Shown in pieces: positions 12,779-24,737 of a stretch of DNA of 64,000 bases. The stretch is taken from the NCBI GenBank assembly GCA_002245135.1, contig NGBS01000886.1, positions 1 through 64,000 on the forward strand. The letters run 5' to 3'. The notes below the pieces were generated by a model that was given only the letters and a program-made list of their open reading frames with translations, searched no databases and had not been told where the DNA came from. The translations under genes were made by a program, and so were the position numbers. Origin of the DNA: Proteromonas lacertae (Eukaryota). How positions within the stretch are numbered: position 1 is the stretch's first letter; every line of letters starts with the position of its first letter.

Positions 12779-15700
12779 CTATACTATCTGATGTTTATTC
12801 TTGTGACATGATTCAATCGTTATATCTAATTTTGATAATGACTTTATAATCAAATCAATGCTTGTATTCTCTAATCTTACAGATATACTTACACGATTAG
12901 AACTATTTGAAGAAGGTAATGGACAAAAATATTCCATAATTCCACCACATTTAGTAATTTCATTCGAAATGGAGGATAACTGATTATCACTTCCATTAGA
13001 TTGAATAATAATTACATAACTCTTATTGGGTTCTTTTATTTCTTCACATTTCGAAATGATTTCATCTAATGAAGGCCTATCATCTGGATTATGTTTTATC
13101 ATTGACTGTATCAATTCAAACGTTGATTCATTCATTCTACTCTCATAATACTTAGGAAATACACCATTCTTCGCTTGTTTAAACACCATGTATTTTTCCA
13201 TTGTAGTAGAAAATGAAGGTAAAAACATTTCAAAGAAAACCATTCCTAGTGAGAATATATCAGTTCTATGGTCATAATGGCTACTAGATAGTTGTTCAGG
13301 ACTAACATACAATATTGAACCTAAACCAGCTGTATATCCTTCACCAATCATTTCTGTATTATTATTATTGTGATGTTTATTGTGGTTGATTATACTCTTT
13401 TCATTTGTTCGAGATATTCCAAAATCACCTAATCTCACGTTATCATCATTATGAAAGAAGATATTCTCAGGTTTAACATCACGATGGATCATTCCACTTT
13501 TATGAATATATTTTAATGCTTTGGAGATTTGTATAATGATTTCTACTTTTTCTTTCTCTTGAACATCAGGTGGTGGATTTAATAATTTATCTTTAAGTGT
13601 TCCTTGTCCACAATATTCCATTTGTATATATAAAATATATTCCCAATCTTGAGAATAAGGTATTTCAGTAATAGAAGTTGTAGCTGGAACAGTATCACTG
13701 TTATTGTCGTTATGATCATTATTATTATCATGATTATAATCTTTACTAGATTTTCTTAATTGTGGTGATATTTTTAATACTTTTTTATTTCTTTGTTTTG
13801 ATGGAGATTGTTCTTCCAATTGTTTGTGTGATGTTGAAGAAGACAATGGTGTTGGTGTTAATGGAGTAGTGACATGGGATGAATTCATCATTTCGTCATA
13901 AACAGTATGAGGAGTATAATCTTGAAATATTATACTATTACTACTGGTTGATGAAGATTTGGTTGATAATAATGAATGATTATGTTTATTCTTTTTATCT
14001 TTATCTTTATTTTCAATTTTGTATTTGATATCTTTTAATATTTTATGTTCATCTTCATCACCATCTAATTCATTATCAGCATAACTTGAACATTCGGAAT
14101 AACTTGATTCTGTTCGTTGAAATAATGAATCTTTTGTATTACTGTTAATACTTGACTTTGTTCTAAATAGTGAATCTTTTGTTGTATTTGATTCAGATCT
14201 AAATAATGAATCGGTTGTATCATTAACACTTCTTTGGAATAAAGAATCTTTTGTATTATCATTTTCACTATCATCACTTTCTTCACTTTCTTCATTGCTA
14301 CTACTACTACTACTACTGTTTATATTACAATTATTATTATTGTATAAATGTAAAGAAAATCCATTATTATTATTATTATCATAATCATTTGATTCTGTTT
14401 CATCTCTTCCAAAATCACTACTATCAGCTGTTTTTCTACTATTCTTTCTACAATAATTCCTTTTATTTTTATTCTTACAAACTTCTTCTTCTTCTTTTTC
14501 TTCTTCTTCTTCACTATCATCATCATCATCTTCTTCTTCTTCTTCTTCTTCTTCTTCGCCATTATCTAATGTAAATGTTCCTTTTTCTACAGCTTCATAC
14601 CAAGCTTGATAATATCGAACTATATTCTGATGATGTAATTTTGCCATTAACCTAACTTCACTGATTGTTGTAGCTGTATTAATCTTCAATGTAATTGGTA
14701 TTTTCTTTACTGCATACATACTTTCATCAATTATTCTTTTAGTTAAAAATACTTTGCTAAAACCACCTGAACCTATACATTGTAATTCAGTGAAATTAGA
14801 TGAATATTGATTGAAGGAAAGTGGAATAGTTTCACCTCCTACTGATATAGAGATTGGTGAACTAGCTGGAAATAGTGGTGGAGAAGAATCTGATTTTAAA
14901 TCAAATGATTCGGGTGATGGTGTTCGGGATGGATTATTATTATTATTGTAATTAACTAATATAATTTCACTTGGAGTTGTATTTATATTTGTAATTACAT
15001 TTGTAAGAATAATAGATTCTGGAGAGGAGGATGAATTAGACAATTCTTTCTTTTTATTCATCATAATCATATCATCATCATTAGTAATAGTAGTAGTATT
15101 ATTATCTTGGAGTAATTGATTACAATGAGTTGGTGACAATAACACTTCATTCTCATCTGGATTAATTGAGGTTGATACAGATCGAGTCTCATGAACAGTT
15201 GTAGGTTGTATAGTTGGTGAATTATTTATAAGAATAATATTCTTAGTTTTATAATACTGTCTTCTTAATAAATACAAGGCAACTATTGAAATAGTAGTTA
15301 AACAAGTTATAATATATAATAACAATCTCAAATAACTACTCTCTTCAGTTTGTAAATCAGTTGTATCTATAAGTTTTTAAATATAAATTATGAATATACT
15401 ACAAACACCCTCAATTGTTAATGTATGAGTATGAGAAACAAATGGAAATATTTTATGTTCTATTTATATAAAATAATTAATAATTAATATTATACTCTTA
15501 TTAATGACTAGATCTTTCTTCATATCTTGTGTAGGTAATGCATATTCAAACCCATCAACATCATGGATTATCTTCTTAGTAACATGTTCATTATATTTAA
15601 CTACTTCATGGGAATTAATACTATAATGATTTAATTCAATTGTTTGTGTTGATGTTGTAACAAATGATGATGTTGTTGTTGTTTCTGTAGTAGTTAATGA

Positions 15701-16800
15701 TCCATCAATTAAAAACAACTTTCCATTTTTATTAATTCCATGTAAATGAACGATTCGATCGTTTAATTTATAAGTCCATAATACTTGAGAATTAGACTAT
15801 ATAAATATATATAAATATATACTTTATCAATCGCCTTTATATTATTATGAGCTATTGTAATATCAGGATAAACTGCCATTAATGAACTATCAATATGTTT
15901 GCGTGTTTTATAATTGAATGAAACAGATGATAATGTATAATTCCATCTCAATGTTGCTGAATGAGTATCAAAACATCGTACATTCTGATTGATTCTTGAA
16001 ATATATAATATCTCTTCATCGTAATTATCAGATGGACAATATTGTGATATAAAATCACCTTTCATTACATACTTTAATGATCCATCTTTCTAAATACATA
16101 AAAAATATAACTTTATACAATATTTAATGCAAAGATGATAGTATCTTTATCTCCTGACAGTATTTGATCATTATCTGAATTGATCCAATTTATTATGTAA
16201 TTAGTAGATGCTATTATCTGTTGCGTTGTTATTGGCAGACGATATAAACCATTGTCATAAGAAAGATTGATTGATCCATCCAAACCTGGTATTATATTAC
16301 GGAAATTTGACACATGTGTTGAAACTAATAATATATAATAATAATAGTAATTATACTGTTAAATAAATTTGACATTGTTGAGGATTGATTTGAATGTAAT
16401 TTTGATGTTACTAAAGGATTTCCCAACTTGATTGACCATAATAAACTACCTGTCCAAGCATCCAATGCAAGGACTGAACCGTCAATTACAGTAGCTAAAA
16501 GCATTGAGGGAATTTCTTCAGTAATAGCAGGTGAAGAAGTTGAACCTTTACCAATTTTATTATCTTCAATCTATTGATGATATTATAGATAGAAGACATA
16601 CTGTTCCATCTTGATCAACGTCACAAAAAATAACACCTACGTCACTATAGATAATAAATGTATACATATTAGAGACATCATGAGGATCATCCATTTTATG
16701 TATGTTTTCATTAGATAGCGTAAAGATCACAAAGGAAGGGGATTTGAAGTTAATAAATTGGATTTGATTATTAAATAATTCTGAATTGATAAAAATGGTT
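12779..16800 (-). CDS. PERK-like transmembrane eIF2-alpha kinase: IRE1/PERK-type luminal domain, TM, split kinase with long insert, C-terminal ACT-like domain; 5' end unresolved
   Basis: Luminal exons LLATVIDGSVLALDAWTGSLLWSI and IIPGLDGSI...LYRLPITTQQII; TM LLLYIITCLTTISIVALYLL; kinase motifs IGSGGFSKV, YAVKKI, NIVRYYQAW, LYIQMEYC, HRDVKPEN, LGDFG, YVSPEQ. Confidence 0.85.
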
Positions 16801-17102
16801 CTAAAATTAAATATTATTTATTGTATGGCTATAGATATAAAAAAGAGAAGTTATAAAAAGAGAGTTTGATTTGATTGGCTTGAATCAAATTTTTTAATAA
16901 AGATCTTTTGAATAACCTCGTGTTGCTTTTATGTTATGAGTAATAAAAACATTACTTTCATTTTCATTTTCAATATTTTATACTTGACACAAATATTATA
17001 ATAGAATTGAGTTAATCACTTAAATTAGGCAACAAACTATGTTATAAATCATTGTATCATTACAAATCAATCACAATCAACCATTTTGAAGGATTATATC
17101 TA

Positions 17103-17671
17103 TCATACGAAAGAATCAAGTAAAAACTCTTTAATTTTATCTACTGGTCCATCACAAAATATATCAGTTGTATATATATGAGTCCCCCATTTCGGATGAA
17201 GCAATACTTGACACATACCAGCATTCATTACAGTATATCCTCTCAGAGTTTGGTATATATCAATATCATAACACATTGAAGATCCTGGATTCTTTTGCTA
17301 TTCAAAACAATTACAATATTTGATTTCATACAGGGACTCCAGAAGTTGGATCAATAAAATCAGCCCATTTGTTATTATCACTGCATATCTTAACAAATTT
17401 TTCTGCTGATACCATAAACTATATTAATATTTATAATAATAGCACTTAAAAATACTTTATGTAATAAATCTTTCTTTTCTACTTCAACTTCTTCTCCTAC
17501 ACTACACATATCGTTTTTCATATAATAACAAACGCAAATTACCAGTGAACCATCTTGAATTGGTTTTGAAAACAACCATTTCAATTCTTGAGTGAGTTGC
17601 AATGAAAGTTTATGAACTGTAATATCCAATGTATTTGATATTTCATGCGAAAAGACTAATTGGTTTGGCAT
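17103..17671 (-). CDS. MMADHC: Cobalamin-trafficking protein CblD/MMADHC homolog (3 exons)
   Basis: Spliced product contains KWADFIDPTSGVP and NAGMCQVLLHPKWGTHIYTTDIF, matching the MMADHC signatures WADFIDPxSG and GCCKVIRHxxWGTH. Confidence 0.85.
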
Positions 17672-17730
17672 TTCAATAAAAAGAAAAAAAAATAGAACAA
17701 GCTCAATTTGACTGGTTTGACTTAGAAAAT

Positions 17731-19889
17731 ATGGATTCCCATCCAGTCAAAAATGAGTATTACAATGGTTATCAATATAATAACCCACCAAATTCACAAA
17801 CGAACCAGAATAATAGATATACCTATACAAATCAAGATTATAATCCATATTATAATAACAATCGATAGTATATATGTTTTATAAAATTTAAAATAGCCAA
17901 AATATTGGATACCAAAACTATAATAGTCAGAATAATGGATATCAACAAAGAAGAAGTAATAACAATACAGATTATAGAAATAACAGATCGAGGCCATATA
18001 ACGCATATTATAATAATCAACAAAACCGTCAAAACTATTACAACAATTATGATAATAGATCTTATCAAAATAATCAATATAATAATAATATGAATAACAA
18101 TCAACCAAAAGCCTCATCATCTTGCTGGACAGAAAGGAGTAATAGAGATAACAATGACAGTTGGATACATCCCTGTGATAATAAAATTGTAAATGACGTT
18201 AAAAGAGAAGCTCCACCTCCATATTATACATCCAGAGCTGAAATTAATAGAAACAAATCAAGTTGGACAGATAATGTTAAATATTCACTATCACAACAGC
18301 AACAACAACAATATACAACTAAAAAAGTATTTGGTAGACAAAGATGTATAGAATTATTAATAAATTATATATATATATATAGTTAATCCTTCATCGAATG
18401 GAGAAGATACTTATGTTCCCAATAAATTAATATTTAATCAACCAAGAAGCAAAATGCCTAATTACGTTAATAATAATATTACAAACAGTTTTACATCATC
18501 CAGATATGATGAATCTAAGAATGGTATAATATAATTAATTAAATAAATAATTTCTTTTTTTTTGAGTAGATTGGATTATTTCAACACCAACAGATGATAT
18601 TACTCCAACGAAAACGCCGACAACTGAGGATGAATCAAGGCCTTATCGTGCAACACCAAAAACAATAATAACTGATGATAAACTAGCAAAATGTATAATA
18701 ATAATAATATAATCATAATTATATTTGTTTATAGTATATACAATGGTGAAAAAGACATTTTTGAATATTACAATAAAATTAAACAAAGCATATCCAAATA
18801 CAACAGTTAATGATGTGATAGTAAAGATTCATGATGGAAACTTGATAGATATTACTGTAAAGGATGAAATAATAGTGAAAAATGAAGAAACATTTTCTGC
18901 ATTAAATGATGAAAGTACTGTAATATCAATTGATGAAAATACATCACAGATTATTTTATTCTTCAAATTGAAACAAAGAGGGATGTGGTCATGTTTCTTT
19001 AAGAATGAAGCAATTAATGTCAATAGTGTAAGAGTATTTGATTCACAGGAAACGTATATATATATATATTTATAATATATATTTTAGACGTTTTACAACA
19101 CACGGTTTAGGATATGAAATAACAACACCAACTATAGAAGACTCTGAATCTACATCAAAAGATGATTGTAAAAACAGTAAATATCCCTATGAATATAAAC
19201 AAGATTCAGAATATGTAACAATTACATTCAAAAATATACATCCCAGTATAACTACTAAAGAAATAACAGTTTATATAAGAGATGAGAATTTGAAGATAGT
19301 GATAGATAATGAAACTGCATTAGAAGGAATATTATATTCGACTTACTATAAAGATTATTCATATCGTATTGATAGAAACGTATTAACTGTTCAAATACAT
19401 AAATCAGTAATGTTTCAGAAATGGGATCAATTATTTAAAAAAGTGATTGTTGGATGTGAATCGTTTGGTGATGAAGAAGTTGTAGTAATATTTGTTAATC
19501 AAAGCAATGAAAAGAAGAAAAGGGTTATATATACATCAGATGAAATTAATTCAACAATATTAGCAGAAAAGATTATCAATGATCAGTGTAAAATAGGACC
19601 AAAAACATATCTTAGATGTTTAAAAGATATCGTTATTCCATTTTCATCTATTTCTGTGTATTTATGCAGTAGAAGTGATTCTTATATTGAATATACAGGT
19701 CCAAATGAGATATTGACGTATATGGTAGGGAAATCAGTGTATGGAAATGGTGTAGTATTTTTATATGATACTGTTAGGAATAAGTTAGTTTCAATTAATG
19801 ATTCTTACACAAATATAATTTTTGAAAAGATGGATAGAAATGAGTCTAGCCATGTAGTACAGTTTTATTCTGCTGGCTGCCAAACTTAA
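17731..19889 (+). CDS. Multi-exon protein with an Asn/Tyr/Gln-rich N-terminus, two CS (p23/NudC-like) domains and an unassigned C-terminal domain
   Basis: ATG 17731; GTAT..AG introns join ORFs 18090, 18725 and 19038. CS pattern YEYKQDSEYVTITF...EITVYI...LEGILY...VLTVQIHK...WDQLF. Confidence 0.7.
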
Positions 19890-19995
19890 ACGTTATTTTT
19901 TTATTTAAATATATGTTTATAGTGTTTAATTTTGAAAAAATAGAAAATTGACATATTTACATGTAATAATTACAATAATTGGTAATTTAAAAAAT

Positions 19996-22849
19996 ATGGA
20001 AGAACCACCAAACCATCTACATTATCCAGAAAATAAAAGAAAATCTAGATGGGCAATTATGATCATAACAATGTTAATTGTGGCAAACATCTTAGTATAC
20101 ACATATTTCTCTAAATATCTATTAGCTGTTATGTTTCTTCTCTTTTGGAGGTAAAAAACAAAATGGTGTTCTATATAATCATAATCCATCTAAGAATATG
20201 AGAGAACAGAAAACAGGAGAGAAAATATGTGATTGTAAGTTATTTGATTCTCCACCTATTGAAGCAGATCCAAAAACTAGAATCTTCCCACTACCACAAA
20301 AAATATCGTATATTATAAATCATTTTTCTAATTGTTATAATAAATTCTATAGAATAGGTACTTCATCTTCCAAACTATCAAATATAATCTCATTTACAGT
20401 AAAATATCCAGCATCAATAGATCATGAATTTCTCAAAGAAGTAATTGAACATCAATGTTCTATTATTGGTAGAGTTATCACACCAAATGAAAATCAGCAG
20501 GATCATTCATCCTCTTCAATTACAATTGATAATATAAATATAAATATTGATAGTTCAACAGATGCAAAAGTCAATGAATATCCTCAATATCCAATGAATG
20601 AAGATTATGAAATAACAATCAATTCAAACAACATAATCATCAAATCACAAACAATATATGGATCAATAAGAGGAATGGAATCATTTATACAGTTTACAAC
20701 ACCGATTAATACAGTAGTGCCTTATCCAACTACAATTATTGATTCTCCAAGATTCAAATGGAGAGGATTGTTATTAGATTCAAGTAGACACTATTATCCA
20801 GTTAGTTATATAAAGAAAGTAATTGATGGTTTGAGTTATAATAAATATAACACTTTACATTGGCATATAAGTGATGCAATTTCATTTCCATTAGATATAC
20901 CAAAGTATCCAGATTTAGCAAGAAAGACATCACACAATGGTCAAATATATAAAGAAGAAGATATTAAAGAGTTGGTTAATTATGCAAAAATAAGAGGAAT
21001 AAGAATTGTACCTGAAATTGACAGTCCTGCACATACAGCTGCATTGTATAAATATGATAAAGAAATGATTGTTACATGTAATGAACCAAATTTTGATGAG
21101 TTTACTGTGATTGATAAATATATCATAAATCCAATCAATCCTAAAACAATTAAGTTAATTGAAGATATTTATGATTATATTACTTCTTTATTTCCAGACA
21201 GATATTTTCATTTAGGAGGAGATGAAATTGATATATCTTATTGGAATTGTGATGATAAAATAAATAAATATGCAGAAAGTAAAGGTATAACAGTAGAAAA
21301 AATGTTACAAGACTATTTAGTCCATATAAGTGATTATGTTCAAAATAAAAACAAAATAGTTTTGTTCTGGGAAGGTGCATTTGAAAGTGGTGCATCTTTG
21401 AACAAATTTGTTGCTAAAGAATCATGGAAATGTTGGTCAAATGTTGGATATGATTCATTTGCAGAATCTGTTAAATCTGGTAGACAAAGTTTACAAGCAA
21501 GTTGTAATTATTTAGACTTTAATGCAGTTTGGCCTGAGTATTATACTCATGATATTATAAAGACTGTTACTATTACATCATTGAATGAGAAATCTCCTTA
21601 TATATTAGGAGGAGAAGCTGCTGTTTGGAGTGAAAGAATTGATATTACAACTTTGGAATATAGAATATGGCCAAGAGCTTCTGCTGTATTAGAGACATTA
21701 TGGAGAGAACAAGATGTATATATATATTTATTTATTTTTGTTTATTATCTTATTAGTCAGTTTCTACTGCTTTAACAAGACTCAATGTATGGGCTGAAAG
21801 GCTTAGAAGAAGAGGAATTATGGTTGCTCCATTTAGTAAAGATTCAATACCAACTACAGCAGAATCTAAATCAAATGATGGTTATAGTGGAATGATTGTT
21901 GAAGCAAATGTATATTTTGATTTGTTTCTGTTAATATAATATGATTAGTTTGACAGTTATCCACCCTCAGTATCTCAAAAGACTCAAAGAAATACAACCG
22001 ATGTTAATACATCAATAATGATTGTATGGAATGACTTTTTTTTAATATAATATAGTTTGATATTCCTAGAATTGCACAGAATAGAGATAATTTTGAAAGA
22101 TTAATTCAATCTACACTTCCTACATATTTGTTTTTATATGATACAATGGTTACAGAACCATCATTTGTACATTTTGCAACATCCAATGGTTATGCATATA
22201 GCCATATTATGAGAGGAGTTAAATCATTAGCAATACTAAGTTCAAATCCATTTTCAATAGTGAAAGAAGTAAAAGATCAATTTGATTATGGTTTTATTCA
22301 TATTAAAGTTGGTGATATTAACTTTATTGTATAATAATAATAATTATTATTATTACATATTTAATAGAGTATTCATTTAAGTGAAAAAACTCCATCTAAA
22401 CAAATTCAAGAAATAGATGAAATACTGAAATATACTGAACCATTTAATTCAGAAGTATGATTATAAAAATGATTAAAATTATTATTATTAGAAAATCGTA
22501 TTAGTAGGAATATTCAACTCATTAAGTCAAATTGATAAAGATAAACATCAAACAGTTGTTAGTTCAAATGAAGCTAATATATTTGTTGAAAACAATGTGA
22601 TTAATTATGATACAATCAAACACATTAATTCCAAGCAATTTAAGGACATTTCAGTGAACTTAGACACATTCAGATTATCTGATGTATATTTATCAATATT
22701 AATATATATTATAATAGAAAACTATGGTTAGAAGTGATTATATATTTGTTAATAATGTTATGAAGTTTGATGAAGAGCCAAAATGTATTTCAAAAACAGT
22801 TGAATTTGATATATCAAACCATATACCATTCTTATGTAGTTACAAGTGA
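19996..22849 (+). CDS. Type II membrane GH20 beta-N-acetylhexosaminidase fused to a C-terminal degenerate endonuclease/exonuclease/phosphatase (EEP) domain
   Basis: GH20 motifs DSPRFKWRGLLLDSSRHY, LHWHISD, VPEIDSPAH, HLGGDE, GGEAAVWSE, RIWPRA. Downstream exons splice in frame to LAILSS, SIHLS, VGIFNS, RSDYIFV and SNHIP; stop at 22847-22849. Confidence 0.85.
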
Positions 22850-23025
22850 TTTATAGTTAGTTTATTAATTATGGTTAATGATTAATATTTCTTAATATTA
22901 ATATCAATTTTTATCGGATTATTATCCACTTATTCACTAGAATTATTCATTTTATTATTAACACATCCACTAAAATTGGTATTCGAAAAACATATATTTG
23001 CTTAACCCCATTTTTCAAAACTATA

Positions 23026-24070
23026 ATGAAATGTATGGATTATTCAATCAAATTTGACGAAACTATAAATTGGAAAGATACATATGGCAGGAATAATAAA
23101 GATAAAAACTCAAAACATGTTCTCTGCTTTCCAGATCATAATTTGAAAGGCCATAGTGTATATTTGATTTATTTAAAAATCTTAGAGTAGCGAATTTTGT
23201 GGAAGAGAAATATATGCTAGCATAGAATGTAGAAAAGATGAAAATGTGTTGATATTAGGAATTATTAGCTTGGATGATGAGACAGATCAAATTTTGCATT
23301 TAAATGACTGTATAGCAATCAATGATTTGAATTGTTCATTACCTTTATACGTTGCTGAAGAGATTGATGAAAATGAAAGATATGTAATAAATAAAAAGCA
23401 TAAAGCATGGGTAATGAATGATAGATTATATAAAAATGGTCCGTATTATGCATTTTTTGTCTATTTGTTAATTGAAACTAAACTGTTAGGAAGATATAAA
23501 TGTGTAGCATATTCTAAATCTCCTCCATTTAAGATTGTGTCATCAAGAAGGTATAAATATACGGAAAACGATTTAAACAAATTCGAATTAAGTAAAAAAT
23601 CAACCATTTCATCAAAGAATGAAAAGATAAACAAGACAAAGAGTGATGAAGTTATAAGGGAATTATTAAATGATAGTAAAGATAAATATTCATTTCCATA
23701 TGGTTTTATCATGCCTCATATATATGATGAAGATAATAAAAATAGTGATAAACTTTATACTCCATATAATGATAAGAAAGTTATACAAAGAGGTGTAAAT
23801 TCACTTGAAACTATGAGCGAATTATATGAAGATATAATGAATGATGAATCTTCTGCTATTTATAAAGTGCGCTTAGCAGGTGATGTAAATGTTGAATTGA
23901 GATTAAGTGAAAAAAGAATGTTTGAAAAACCAAGAGATGAATTGAGTTATGTCGGTAAAAGTATTTCTAAAGCCAAATCAGATTTAGAAGAAAAAGGATT
24001 TGTATATTTAGATAGTTATGGTAATAAATTTAAAGTAACATCACCACATATTATAACAAAAATAAACTAA
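23026..24070 (+). CDS. Hypothetical protein with a candidate stramenopile-type DNA-binding domain
   Basis: ATG 23026 and one intron (~23158-23185) join to ORF 23246. Motifs WKDTYGRNNK...VLCFPDH..GH...FCG and SPPFKIVSSRR. Confidence 0.6.
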
Positions 24071-24284
24071 TTTATACAAATTTAAATAAACTCTAATGTT
24101 TTGTTTTTGTTGGATGTTTAACTCTAATATTGTCATTTAAACAACATTTTTTACAACAAATATCTATTGAATAACATCCGTTTTAGAAAAAGAAAGTAGT
24201 TAACTAATTGTTTAAGAAATCATTGTAAGTATCAAAGAAACATTATAATAAAATGAGATAATTGTATAATATAATAATAAGGTT

Positions 24285-24680
24285 TTACTCTTCTCCACTA
24301 CTTCCACTACTGCTTGAACTTGAACTACTTCTTGATCTACTTGATTCTTTTCTTTCAATAGTAGTTGTTGGAGCAGGGTTTGGATTACCTTCTTCTTTTC
24401 TTTCTAGAGCAGCTGGTGGTGGATTTGTTTTTACTTCCTTTGGTTTTTCACTTTCACTTTCGCTATCACTACTACTACTTCCACTATAACTAGAAGAATA
24501 ACTTGATCTACTTCCACTTCTCTTTCGGTTTAATTCTTCTTTCGGTTTTTCTTCTTCTTTCGGTTTTTCTTCTTCTTTAGGTTTTTCTTCTTCTTTCGGT
24601 TTTTCTTCTGCCTTCTTTATTTCTTCTTTTGGCTTTTCTTCTTTTAGTTTTTCTTCTTTAGGTTTTTCTTCTTCTTTAGG

Positions 24681-24737
<57 letters not shown>

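Noticed and set aside
16800..16970. First exon and signal peptide of the PERK-like gene
   Set aside because: A hydrophobic stretch is present, but I could not build a consistent ATG and splice model, so the 5' end is left unresolved.
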